From NCBI GenBank assembly GCA_028718185.1, contig JAQUMH010000002.1:4088-68087 (forward strand): 64,000 nt of DNA. The letters are read 5' to 3'. The notes under the pieces were generated by a model. It did no database searches. It saw only the letters and a program-made list of their open reading frames with translations, and was not told the origin of the DNA. The position numbers were made by a program, and so were the translations under genes. Shown one piece after another: positions 32,301 to 38,868 of this stretch. Source of the DNA: Elusimicrobiota bacterium. GTDB lineage: Bacteria; Elusimicrobiota; UBA8919. The stretch's first letter is position 1, and the number at the start of each line of letters is the position of its first letter.

Positions 32301-32976
32301 CAGGAGAAGTAATTAAAACAGATAATCCACTCGGAACTGTTTTGTCTATCTTTACAGTTTGTGAATGAGTGGCTTCGCCATTACCAGTATTATCATATGA
32401 CCAATAGTAAACCGTATGCTCTCCATTAGCCCCAATTGCGAATGGCGTAGTGTAAGTTTGAGCAGACAAGTCACCATCAACCAGGTAAAGCGTTTTATTA
32501 ACTCCAGATGTTACATCATAAGCATTTAACGTTACCGTAACATCCGATTTATACCAACCATTTTCGCCGAATGTCCCTGATAAATTACAAGTTGTTGATG
32601 GCGAATATGTATCAAGGGTTATGCTATCATTTGTACTTCCTATATCAGTTGGGGAATAAGTAGTTACAAACACTTTCATATATACCGTTTTATTGCCATC
32701 TCCACTGCCTCCACCGTAAGCAGTCAAGTCCCAGCTGTATTTTATAGAACTTATTCCTTCCCAAGGGGACCATGACGAATTGTTGTTACTGAATATCATC
32801 CATTGAGCATCGGACGGTATATTACCGATGGTTAGCGTTGTGTATTTATAATTTGTATAATCAGCACCCGAGTTGATGTTCAAAGTTAAACCTATTACTC
32901 TTTGAGCGAAAGAAAATAAAAATACAAAACCTATAAAACATCTTAGTAAATAATAAAATTTAAATTTTTTATACAT
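20398..32976 (-). CDS. giant (4192 aa) secreted multidomain cell-surface protein with a T9SS-type C-terminal sorting domain; putative adhesin/S-layer-like protein with an embedded zincin motif
   Basis: N-terminal signal peptide (MYKKFKFYYLLRCFIGFVFLFSFAQRV). HEFFH...NEAT...E zincin-like motif near aa 525 (nt about 31384-31398). Many Ig-like, FlgD-Ig-like and fibronectin-III domains. Three near-identical about 245-aa repeats of FN3 plus a CBM4/9-like domain (nt about 21300-23720). C-terminal about 85 aa (VYPNPYKPN...GVYIYQIRDATGRKKTGKVGLIK) matches the Por_Secre_tail (TIGR04183) pattern. Confidence 0.7.
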   Translation of the reverse strand: MYKKFKFYYLLRCFIGFVFLFSFAQRVIGLTLNINSGADYTNYKYTTLTIGNIPSDAQWMIFSNNNSSWSPWEGISSIKYSWDLTAYGGGSGDGNKTVYMKVFVTTYSPTDIGSTNDSITLDTYSPSTTCNLSGTFGENGWYKSDVTVTLNAYDVTSGVNKTLYLVDGDLSAQTYTTPFAIGANGEHTVYYWSYDNTGNGEATHSQTVKIDKTVPSGLSVLITSPGTGFTNNRIITLALLASDATSGVAKMQFTEDSNNWPSTWEDYSISKSYYINSTGEGAKTIYFRVKDYAGNISSFVSTSIILDETKPTVVSFNPPDQNQGENETITINVTVSDTIQLEKIVVIPEIGPAKEQYVNGTNDTKSFDNINLRQGINHIMIQVWDVAGNVSNIKDVYYTYGVYKTTNFKFHFRAYTISNPDVNQVNSAGWQSHNGIPDYVYNFGQYFEYSWNQIVKPGSYGYESPPSEYFVIENKLPVYILNLGNGAYGSTAYKHPILGSIIQVDNDYIGDKFYTHGTDAMQITSAHEFFHAVKCSYNPRDDNYWWNEATSVWMEDEIYPNVNDYLQYLKGFAGKPSWFANSTQSLDYINDWNEYGSCIFAKYFSERFNEKDIIRQIWDICKTTDSLSAIDSELISGHGTSLSNEFKTFTVWNYDASKYYIEGNSYPKITVLDTSAKYQYPSGVNTVMHLASHYFEFRPAPDKPTPQTLLLNFDSSVVTPLWGGKVLKVKMDGTIEEQNDLNKTGNTVSISNFDTTCSKVIVIPSNTDAFANNLDYSLIAMIPPNFTVEYFADSNLTQPLATYTGKPITKAQTIYLKITASEQLSANPTFSIDAPGTVNDKTEVATILVSGNVYKGEVNIVSGPGVEGMVSVTISGKDIGENIATNVTPTIGKEFMIDVTPPIGSLLIRDTFAPLENFTGSQQVSLYSTVSDNSEVGWMQFSYDGIIFIGDWIEYTHIYSPWWLTAGAGNKTVWARYKDKAGNISIVEIKDEIYLDTTDPEMPSGPAKAPRFAGGAYSSSTTVTFTWEGDFATDMESGISNFNIAIYNSITDSLIAQADVPNSQTNYTVDGLIHGQSYFAKVRAQNGAGRWSAWLTGGSVMIDTTSPMCVSINDGLYTNNNTQLSCNWSFTEDISGIVEYQYAIGTSQYPNTGWYNIIALTSTGTLSNITRTFDSPLDDGIYYFTVKAKNGAGSETPVSSDGIIVDTTPPDKPQSLSVSPSGWTNQTQFTISWSTPSDLSGIAGAYYKLNTEPANYIPNTQTFTSNFSVVEGNNILYIWLKDNAGNTDYTKNATVTLRYDITPPDITSYSCLAFSPNGDGIKEATTIDYTLSDNFSTVIKTTIKIYDLQNNLVRTLIDSISKNIGANLDIWDGKNTNGVVVAEGIYKCKITAVDEAENLKVYEGDIIVDITPPQVSNGSIYINPGAYSHNIFTKNDKSVDISFDIFDRFSPSAKVSFTFTSGTRLFTKVTDFVVTPNITQNLLYAWDGTDALGNTASDGEYTLGLKATDESGNIGNTIPILQTFKIDRTPSFVTTLYTNIQIFNPELKNDTVTAYYKISDNATVEVAVEDILGQIVRSPISEVKQKDVLYSYTWDGKKQDNSFASDGSYVIKIKTTDEVGNKAEETVNVIKNQIPAQIVSPVFNGIVGNQVEIVGIAIDPVVNDNIDFLCYKVWYATYSNATPDNYISPDMNVWKSIPVPVSNQSPNDVNYPNSNASYRAILNSTLAYWDVSSLPNGTYTILLVAQDSAMPSNYSAITVSVKVDNTIPETDKPILNITAPISDQVFNITTINDKLNISYTLMQNTGKKSNVVLDIFKMVDVNTFGPVILHSEYFNKTAGETIQWDGKDFRKQYVQNGIYRIQLTAVDIDGLGMDKKSVSVNVNVTITEPLKITKFESDKSDVLLNEPVQITYELTKAATVYITIYDTVGNLVKMVDNEFTSGLTEYTTVWSSIVEGLYTCKIDVIAVDDQTKGSASVSIAVIGGPGSGLAEITSPAPYSVNQGSSNFNWSATVKKGEYYSPQSFSATVQTHAAQSWIQTSQQDFGQGGISNIDLNSESGNVKICTKKYDDISTFYNGQKTPTLIIADNKVQFSQYVVDAIHEQYDDISGNYPLAPSSSWTNANDRNDSTLVWPAWAGYGNTWAFVCGRSGPPQGVPPIYPWHYKFYRLRVVGSVAVWHKDGNNCGANIYLQYGNSSNGPWTTYKYWSQVVSHGSSINISFDEEVPTPFYAPYFKILVQPHNSNHGAYLFLNSIEGYQKRYENTGVFISQEHDTYSYSPIWNLFQTSDENNVGYLGGAHITYRIASYNSSGENINWEAAPIVENGVVPSLGQKRYFKWRADFATRDLQTTPVIYNVTQNFGLVGTLISQAHDCKTAPSSWRNFEVSEYKPSGTNITYTTQTSDDGYSWESERTATPGQPIYSTPRKYIRWKATLSTNDGSKTPVLREVKINANYEPSVTVNNTCYNGHDTYNSIEEIRIPYDYIPSSSPYTFVTQTNPKVLKTIVEERGLLELKATTNEKESWDMTTDDQGLPEHKIISKNNEFNNSGNNLQADFVIEGPFEPTVADRYRPITISAAYPLVNMNNPDEIKNKYTFWKQNGTTIDNPYVWIDADNYDTQKQWDIKLQYPDGTMCNDLVVDKKLTKASNTDSNDINDDFTVKISTDEAAPKRFVEIKGSAFGSDFKGYSMFYQKTGDTILKTIPVISTQPVSNNTLSFWDVSGLNGEYKIKLYVFAGNGVKEIEQTVYVGKQVFPGEHKYVSAPWNKAYLEFYTDSLLQPTTVSITPVKLSDTDIIVDTGMPLPLGALFDMEPKDIQFNKDGNGKLVAPAVLTVRFLPEEVTNVDIGKLTAYHVDSNGKVKPTTLTSLGWKKDASGKNDIFEVSCEVVGFSQYLIIPQVPIPEFDANISTITNQQYITITGVVEAVADVTVYNDGASLKTVKADSNGRFSAEISLSEGANPIFAKTTRWFNNIPFDSPKSKITSITRDTTLPQITNLSVSAAVISPDGARIKSEISFVLSKESVINVEIYNNDVLTRALISNLAVPAGNYSCEWDGKNTIGQNVSSGTYTCKVNIIDLAGNASSATTEFEVMSDTTPPIMTNVASSDITWNSAVINWLTNEPSDSQVEYGLTTSYGNSSVLDTVKVTNHSVNITGLTSGTVYHYRVKSKDTAGNLATSEDNSFTSDINFISNHSFELGTSSWTFYTEEAGSFVTTSPGFDGSKSARCTIIKSTGNLQLYQKDIVLNPNTRYRLTFTAYSNTGRDMTLHVFKHGTPYTNYGLSNYLANLTTTWQTFSTEFVTTGFSSVVTDARLMFWYAPYAVAGDVYYVDDVHLETVPPDTTPPIIVSVTSCDITWNSALVNWITNEPSDSQVEYGLTTSYGNSTVLSTVKLTNHSANITGLMPGTVYHYRVSSRDESGNFSTSEDNTFTSDINFISNHSFESGTTSWAFYTEEAGSFVTTSPGFEGSKSARCTITKSTGNIQLYQTGICLNPNTRYKLTFTAYSNTGHDMTVRVFKHGTPYTNYGLDNYLANLTTSWQTYSTEFVTTGFSSVVTDARLMLWYAPYAAAGDVYYVDDIHLETVPPDTTPPIITSVTSSNITWNSAVINWLTNEPSDSQVEYSTTTLYGISTTSDTTKVTSHSVNITGLTLGTTYYYHVTSKDGSGNIATSENYTFSTLSTSSGTNHVINAGFESGTDSWAYYAGGGGTFISTTPGFEGAKSAKCTITAANGNIQLYQTGICLNPNTRYRLIFTAYSPTRHAVTVHLLKHGTPYTDYGLNYTANLGTSWQTFTTEFITTGFTAPVTDGRFRFWFTPYATAGDTYYIDDVRLETVTGLATPPKPIIKYSNTLKSYYYEDGPTLDTASLDPAITVSSLKFKAQVYNTNDNNPTTDYSGTLTLSTKNSKTGILNVADAILTKEDTGEREISIPFNSEIETVSVTGDSMLPTLTNINDMYLAKPIGNNGGMIKGVNKLKIIVSENVLTETRNLAVIKTKTPAVVRNAARYVDTVKPISYDFGRLSFTNKTSVLEEDIFTKPISITIPYTLVDIGELKEEGLRIYSWNGREWELVPGVHIVDKLNKTITANVKRFTTYRILGSYLATDLSNVKVYPNPYKPNMAVGGKLKVINLPINSEMKIYTVSGELARELKEADFGNLGWLEWDGKNDDGDKVARGVYIYQIRDATGRKKTGKVGLIK
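21300..23720 (-). repeat. intragenic triple tandem DNA repeat (about 740-bp unit) encoding FN3+CBM-like modules of the giant protein
   Basis: Near-identical segments recur with about 740-bp period, e.g. gtctcaag(a/g)tg(t/a)acatcgtctacgtaatacacatc.cctgct.ctgcatatgg at about 21490, 22245 and 22980. Confidence 0.7.
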
Positions 32977-32981
32977 AAAAA

Positions 32982-34172
32982 CTATTGTTTTTTCTTAATT
33001 AAAATAATATTTATTTCCTTTGTGCTGGTATTCCCATAACAATCAGTGGCAACTACTTTAACTTTATTTACTCCTTCTTTTTGAAGATATGGTTTAATAT
33101 CATCCAAAGAATATACTTTTTTTCTGAAGCTAGTAGTAAAATTATATGGGGACCCAAAACTTATACGTTTGTTATTAGAATATGTGCATAATAATGTTGG
33201 ACTACTATCTCCATATATAAACTTTATTGAACCATATATCTTGCCTTTCACATATTCTTCATATGGTATCTCATCAAACTTTTGCCCATCTTCTACACCT
33301 TCTATCTCTATTGTGGGTGGGGTAATGTCTGTTTTGGCTTTCGGTGGATAAACAATCCAAACACTATCAAAATCCTCTTGCATCGCAAACTTACTTCCTT
33401 CATTCTCTGCACCAATACTAACATTCCAGATTCCTGTTGATGGTAATACCCCCGTCTCACTGAAATTATATATATTTTGTCCAGGAGGACCATATAATTC
33501 TACAAGTCCAGGTTTATCTTTAAACTGTTCTTTAAATTCAAGATAATATTTTCTACCTCGTTCTTTTCCATACATCTTCTCTTGATATATTTCTTCCGGT
33601 AATATATGTTCCACTTTAGATAATTTTATCTTTTGTTTTTCTGTTATACTTACATCTCCAATTTTTATCCAAGCATTTGTTACATTATAAACCTCTGGCG
33701 TTTCTATTGTGCCTTTTATTACTATATTAGACGAATCTACCACTTCACTATCTTTTGGTTCAATTATCTTAACAATAGAACTTTGCTCGCTATAAAAATT
33801 TAATCTATTTTTCCATGTTATTATTTTTATTTTCTTCTTGTTCACCTCACTTAACTTATTCCATATATTTTCTAATTCTCGTTGAATATCTAATGTAGAA
33901 TTCTTTTTCTGATACAATCGCATATTAGGCTTCTTATATTTTTGAGGTAAAGAATCAGGATCATTTATGCAGTAGAACTTATACATAAATGCCGTCTCTT
34001 CATCTATAATTCCTGCATGCCGATCATCTTCCACCAAATTCCACGACCTTTTTTCACCAGGGTTAGAAACCGCTTCCCTGGCAAACATTATGCCGATTCC
34101 TCCAATCAAATCAACAAATAAACAAATTAACACCCACTTGTTAAACAATTTTCTTATCAACATTTTTTTCAC
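32982..34172 (-). CDS. hypothetical membrane-anchored protein, co-operonic with the giant protein
   Basis: 396 aa. N-terminal signal-anchor helix (WVLICLFVDLIGGIGIMF). The stop lies 6 nt from the giant-gene start. The C-terminus resembles a small Ig-like beta domain. No recognisable catalytic motif. Confidence 0.4.
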   Translation of the reverse strand: MKKMLIRKLFNKWVLICLFVDLIGGIGIMFAREAVSNPGEKRSWNLVEDDRHAGIIDEETAFMYKFYCINDPDSLPQKYKKPNMRLYQKKNSTLDIQRELENIWNKLSEVNKKKIKIITWKNRLNFYSEQSSIVKIIEPKDSEVVDSSNIVIKGTIETPEVYNVTNAWIKIGDVSITEKQKIKLSKVEHILPEEIYQEKMYGKERGRKYYLEFKEQFKDKPGLVELYGPPGQNIYNFSETGVLPSTGIWNVSIGAENEGSKFAMQEDFDSVWIVYPPKAKTDITPPTIEIEGVEDGQKFDEIPYEEYVKGKIYGSIKFIYGDSSPTLLCTYSNNKRISFGSPYNFTTSFRKKVYSLDDIKPYLQKEGVNKVKVVATDCYGNTSTKEINIILIKKKQ

Positions 34173-34260
34173 CTCTATTTTATCTAAAATATTATTTTAT
34201 TTTTCCTAAATCTGTTTTAGTTTTATCACCAAGTTTTACTGGTTTTGTCTCTTCAAATAA

Positions 34261-35262
34261 TCACTCGCTTCCAAAACTATAACCAATTGATACTCTTTGG
34301 TTTGGGTTAAGTGTTTCAACCAAACCAATCCCATAATCAACTTTTAATCCTTTCATTTGGAAACCTGCGCCAAGAGTAACCTTATCAATATCATATCCTA
34401 CTTTATAGCCAAATCGCAGAAATACTGTTTCTTTGAAACTATACTCAATACCAATGTTTTCCCTTATATTACTTTCATTTGGTTTAACTGTGTCAATGGC
34501 AATCAAAAAACTGTGATTTTGTAATACCGTTTTATTATATGCTATTCCTAACCTTATGTTCATAGGAAGTGCGTCTCCCTGTTCAATGTACTTCAGTTTT
34601 GTCCCTACATTTTGAACAGCAAGTCCTGTTGAAAGTCCATCAACGGTTGTATAATATAAAATACCAAAATCCACTGCATATGCAGTCCCTGAATATGTTT
34701 CTACAAGTTTGGATGAAAGATACTTTGCAGTTAACCCTAATGAAAAATTATTGAAAATTTCTTTGCCATAACCTATTGTTCCAACTATATCCTGCTGTGC
34801 TTTAACATTCCTTGAAGTACCATCAAGATTATTCCATTCAAAATTACCACCATCATAATAAAGAAAACTTGCTCCAAAACTGCCTATTCCATTTGATGGC
34901 GTTCCTACCCATCCAACTAAACCGTAATTTTCATCTACTCTGCCTTTTAAATACATACTCGCTATTTCATTACCTTCTATATTTACCAAACCTGCCGGGT
35001 TATAATAAAGTGCATTTGTGTCATCACATACAGCAACAAACGCTTCACCCATACCTACAGTTCTGGCACTTACTGTCTGATTTAAAATCCTTGCACCGGA
35101 GGTACCAGAACCAGCATAAAGACAGGAAGTAGGGAGTAGGAAGTAGGAAGTGGTAAAGGCAATAAATAAAACCAGAGATTGCCACGAGCCAATTGACATC
35201 GGCTCTCGCAATGACTTCCTTTCTAAAATTTCTCTAAACATAACACACATCCTAAACATCAA
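34261..35262 (-). CDS. outer-membrane beta-barrel protein, PorP/SprF-like (type IX secretion cargo-attachment family); true start probably internal
   Basis: 333 aa. Signal peptide, then LYYNPAGLV (NPAxaG-type motif near the N-terminus), alternating amphipathic beta-strand pattern, aromatic C-terminus. The size fits PorP/SprF. It lies between two CTD-bearing cargo genes. The 5' end overlaps a MITE fragment and ggaagtagg direct repeats, so MSIGSW... may be the true start. Confidence 0.45.
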   Translation of the reverse strand: MMFRMCVMFREILERKSLREPMSIGSWQSLVLFIAFTTSYFLLPTSCLYAGSGTSGARILNQTVSARTVGMGEAFVAVCDDTNALYYNPAGLVNIEGNEIASMYLKGRVDENYGLVGWVGTPSNGIGSFGASFLYYDGGNFEWNNLDGTSRNVKAQQDIVGTIGYGKEIFNNFSLGLTAKYLSSKLVETYSGTAYAVDFGILYYTTVDGLSTGLAVQNVGTKLKYIEQGDALPMNIRLGIAYNKTVLQNHSFLIAIDTVKPNESNIRENIGIEYSFKETVFLRFGYKVGYDIDKVTLGAGFQMKGLKVDYGIGLVETLNPNQRVSIGYSFGSE

Positions 35263-35285
35263 CGTTTATCAATTTTGCTTGGCAC

Positions 35286-38200
35286 TCATTTCACAACGCA
35301 AATCTTTTTTGTTTGTTTGAATCCTGGTCCTTCTATATGAATATAATAAATTCCTGAAGCAACTACTTCTTCTTCACTATTTTTACCATACCAATTTTCT
35401 GAATATGTTCCCGCAACCACATCCTTATCAACAAGTGTTTTTATAAATACACCGTCTATCGTGTATAGTTTTATTGTTATATGTCCTGCCTGTGGTACAC
35501 TGTAATAAACTTTACAAATATCACCTTTTATTGGATTAATCACATTATTTACAGGCAATATATGGTCTTGTTCAAGTTTTGCCTGATGCGAAGAATACAG
35601 ATTAACCAAATAAATATCACCACCATAATTACAAACCACTTTTGTACCGTCGAGTGAAAATCTTGAGTTATCATACCCAAAAACATAAGATGCAGGAGTA
35701 AGTTGCTGCCTTTCAGAACCATCAGGATTGGAAATAACAATTTTACGATTCAATAAGGATTCATCAACATATGTAATTTTTGAACCATACCAGTCAATAC
35801 CCCATTTAGTGAGTTGATAAACCATACCAGTTACTGTATCAATTACTCTATCATAATTAACAACTTTTGTAGCATCGGGAGACCATCCGATATCCCATAT
35901 GAACCATATATTACCATCTTTTGTGATTTGTGTGTTTGTTCCATTCTCGTATATCCACAAATCACCATTATAATAATAGGCAACTTTAGAACCAGAAGGT
36001 GAGTAAATCGGATAAGACCCAATCGCAATTTTTTGTTTACTTGTACCATCACTGTTTATAATGTATGTTCCTGAAACACCGCTTATTGTCCCAAAGAAAA
36101 CAACTTTTGTTCCATCTGATGAGAATGACGGTACACTATAGGAAACAAAATCAGGAAAAGAAACAAGTTTGATAAGCGAAGAAAAGTTACTAATAACAAG
36201 TTCAGTTCCTAAAATGAATGTAATTTTTTTATTATCCTGTGACCATCCGATATAATATGTTGGACTGGCGCTATCAACAGAATAAACCGAATTCCCATAA
36301 ATATCTTTCACTTTTACATAATATCTACCATTATAAAGATAAGAATACGCAACTTTAGTGCCATCGGGCGATAATACTTCAGATAAAAACGATGTTGTGC
36401 TAGTTTCAATCAGTGTCTCATTTTTCCCATTCACATCAATAGACTTTAATTCTTCTCTGTCTTCATAATTAGCATTATAAATAATTTTTTGTCCAGCATC
36501 AACCAAATTAAAGTAATAAGATAAGGTATTATTTGTAAGATTTTTCTTATTAGTAGCATCTGTTTTTATCGTATATATATTTTGTTGACTGCCACAACCT
36601 ATACGATCGTTGGTAGGTGAGAATGCAAAAAAGTCATAATCTTCAACAATTTTTATATTTCCGGTTCCATCACTGTTTATGATATAACATGAATTGGAAT
36701 CAGCGTAATAATTATAACCGAGATAGCAAACCTTTGAACCATCAGGTGACCATTTAAATTTATAGTAGTAGTATCCAGCGGTTGTTGTTAACTGTATATT
36801 TCCGGTTCCATCAGGATTAATTGTGTAAAGGTAATCACTTGGAGAGGAACCATAACAGTAAACAATTTTATTAGTAGCTGACCAATCAGGGAAACTTCCA
36901 TCACATAAATAATTTGGCGCACCACCTGTTGACGTTATAATATTTATATCACCTGAAAAATAATATACAATTTTATTACTATCAGGTGCCCATGAATAAC
37001 CCGCCCAACACTCTGCAAGATACATATACCCTGTTCCATTAATATTTATTACTGAAAGCCTATTACTATCTTTAATAAATGCTATTTTTGTGCCATCAGG
37101 TGATACTTTAATATCTTCCATTGTTGATGTAGATGTATATATTACAGTTTTTCCTGAACCGTCATTATTCATAGTACATATAGAATAATTTAAAACGGTA
37201 TCATTTGCTCTGACATATATAATTTTGCTCTGCCCGAAAATAAACTTTGCACCCAACTCAACATATTCATCATTCGTAATTTGTTTTTTATTAGAACCAT
37301 CTGCCGACATAATGTAAAGGTCAACACCATTTTCATTATTCAGTGAATAGACAATTCCTGCTGATGACCAGTCAAAAGCAGTATATTCGGCACGGCTTCC
37401 GGTTAATCTTGTTGTCCAACCTGCAGTTCCTTTTGCTGTGCTTTCAATCGCAATCCCTGTAAAATTCTGGTCTGTTTGATTCGCTGAAAGATTAGAATAA
37501 CTTTTACTTTCCGGTGAGAATGTATAATTTGTCTTTGTCGGTGTAACAGTAAAATTCCCTCCTTCAGAAATACCTGTGAATTTATAATATCCTGTTGCTG
37601 TTGTAGTCGAAAATCTTAAATCTGCACCAGTTAAACACACCAGAACACCATTGATTGCTGTCCCTGAATTATCTTTAACATAACCCGCTATTGCAAAAAG
37701 TTGAGGGGTAGAAACATCGGGTGCATCAATAGAATATGTGGCTCCAATTGCTAATGTATTCCATTTATCATATGCTTGAAAATAATATATATAATCAGTT
37801 CCGGAGGATAAATTTGTAGAATATGTAAAGAGTTTGCCATCAGAATATGAGGTATCGTTGACATCAACTTCGTTCATTATATAGGTTTTTGTTCCTTGCC
37901 AACTCGCACCTAATGCTGTGGATATTACAACTCTTGGATAATATGATTCTGGAGCATCATCATCGGCATCTGTATATTTTACTCTACATGTGAATATTGT
38001 TGAAGGACTGCCTGTTTCAGGATTTAAGCCATCAGAAGTATAATTTGTCTCACCTGTCCACGAAAGCACAGGTGCTGTATTGGTAGAACGATAATTAAGA
38101 TACCCTGACCAACTATTATAAGAAAATTTAAGTTTCAGGTAATATATCTGTGATGATGTTGCATTATAATTAAATGGATCACCAGATGAACTACTTGCTA

Positions 38201-38510
38201 CTTGATTTGTTCCTGCAGAATCGCTGTAGAGGTAAGCATTGCAATTATTGGAATAATTGGTAAAAGAAAAATAATATATTGTGCCTGCTGTCATTGATAT
38301 CTTAAACCAATCTGTTGTATCTGTTGCAGATAAATCGTGTGGTCCATCTGATTGGGTAGTTGCGGTAGGTGTTATAACTGTTCCATTTACTGCATTATCA
38401 TCTGTCGGATCCCATGCATCTGCATAAAGATAGGTAAAGAATATAAATTGAACTAAAAAAAGAAATAAAATGTATTTTATGCAACAGGGAAACTTTAATC
38501 TAATCTTCAT
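35286..38510 (-). CDS. secreted multi-PD40 (TolB-like WD40-like beta-propeller repeat) protein with CarboxypepD_reg-like domain and T9SS-type C-terminal sorting domain
   Basis: 1074 aa with a signal peptide. Repeated SPDG(T/S)K(V/I)(A/C)(F/Y) PD40 signatures (at least 8). IAGYVKDNSGTAINGVLV... matches the CarboxypepD_reg fold. The C-terminal 80 aa (KVYYSVPQAGHITIKLYTIDG...SGIYYIHIEGPGFKQTKKICVVK) match the Por_Secre_tail pattern. Confidence 0.7.
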   Translation of the reverse strand: MKIRLKFPCCIKYILFLFLVQFIFFTYLYADAWDPTDDNAVNGTVITPTATTQSDGPHDLSATDTTDWFKISMTAGTIYYFSFTNYSNNCNAYLYSDSAGTNQVASSSSGDPFNYNATSSQIYYLKLKFSYNSWSGYLNYRSTNTAPVLSWTGETNYTSDGLNPETGSPSTIFTCRVKYTDADDDAPESYYPRVVISTALGASWQGTKTYIMNEVDVNDTSYSDGKLFTYSTNLSSGTDYIYYFQAYDKWNTLAIGATYSIDAPDVSTPQLFAIAGYVKDNSGTAINGVLVCLTGADLRFSTTTATGYYKFTGISEGGNFTVTPTKTNYTFSPESKSYSNLSANQTDQNFTGIAIESTAKGTAGWTTRLTGSRAEYTAFDWSSAGIVYSLNNENGVDLYIMSADGSNKKQITNDEYVELGAKFIFGQSKIIYVRANDTVLNYSICTMNNDGSGKTVIYTSTSTMEDIKVSPDGTKIAFIKDSNRLSVININGTGYMYLAECWAGYSWAPDSNKIVYYFSGDINIITSTGGAPNYLCDGSFPDWSATNKIVYCYGSSPSDYLYTINPDGTGNIQLTTTAGYYYYKFKWSPDGSKVCYLGYNYYADSNSCYIINSDGTGNIKIVEDYDFFAFSPTNDRIGCGSQQNIYTIKTDATNKKNLTNNTLSYYFNLVDAGQKIIYNANYEDREELKSIDVNGKNETLIETSTTSFLSEVLSPDGTKVAYSYLYNGRYYVKVKDIYGNSVYSVDSASPTYYIGWSQDNKKITFILGTELVISNFSSLIKLVSFPDFVSYSVPSFSSDGTKVVFFGTISGVSGTYIINSDGTSKQKIAIGSYPIYSPSGSKVAYYYNGDLWIYENGTNTQITKDGNIWFIWDIGWSPDATKVVNYDRVIDTVTGMVYQLTKWGIDWYGSKITYVDESLLNRKIVISNPDGSERQQLTPASYVFGYDNSRFSLDGTKVVCNYGGDIYLVNLYSSHQAKLEQDHILPVNNVINPIKGDICKVYYSVPQAGHITIKLYTIDGVFIKTLVDKDVVAGTYSENWYGKNSEEEVVASGIYYIHIEGPGFKQTKKICVVK

Positions 38511-38746
38511 ATTCTTTACATCCAGTTTAATAATATCTGTTTTAAAATAATTATAAATATTTTAAGAACTTTGTCAAGTATTTTCCTTATTTAGCAAATT
38601 TTTATGTGCAATTATTAACACTATTTGCCAACTACTAGTTGATTATATTATTTTATGGTTACATTCTTAAATAATTTGTCAAGAGGTTATTTGTATATAT
38701 TGTTGTGCAATTATCGATATAATTAATTAATAAATATTTATTTATT

Positions 38747-38868
38747 ATCCCGATTTTTATTTATAGAATTTGTTATCGGGATTGTGTTCTCGGTCGTTTC
38801 AGCAGAGCCGACCTCCGAGCACTAACCCGATTTTTATTTATGGAATTTGTTATCGGAATTGTGTTTCC
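38747..38868. promoter_or_regulatory. two 41-bp direct repeats, each followed by a GC-rich hairpin, in the 730-bp AT-rich leader of the surface-protein operon
   Basis: DR1 (38747-38788) cccgatttttatttatagaatttgttatcgggattgtgtt; DR2 (38824-38865) cccgatttttatttatggaatttgttatcggaattgtgtt. Each is followed by a GC-rich palindrome (ctcggtcg...cgacctccgag; ccgagcatagactcgg). Upstream, tttgtcaag and tgcaattat motifs each recur. Confidence 0.5.

Noticed and set aside
20398-32976. Giant protein as an RHS/YD-repeat or polymorphic toxin, or as a non-ribosomal synthetase
   Set aside because: There are no YD/RHS repeats, PAAR, toxin C-terminal module or condensation/adenylation motifs. The composition is beta-sandwich adhesin-like with a sorting CTD.
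1258-35132. Numerous plus-strand ORFs of 60-137 aa in the ORF track (e.g. 1258-1452, 2908-3216, 20480-21310, 24017-24815, 34812-35132)
   Set aside because: All lie wholly inside well-supported minus-strand genes. They have low-complexity Leu/Ser/Phe-rich translations typical of antisense frames in AT-rich DNA and no motifs. They are treated as shadow ORFs.
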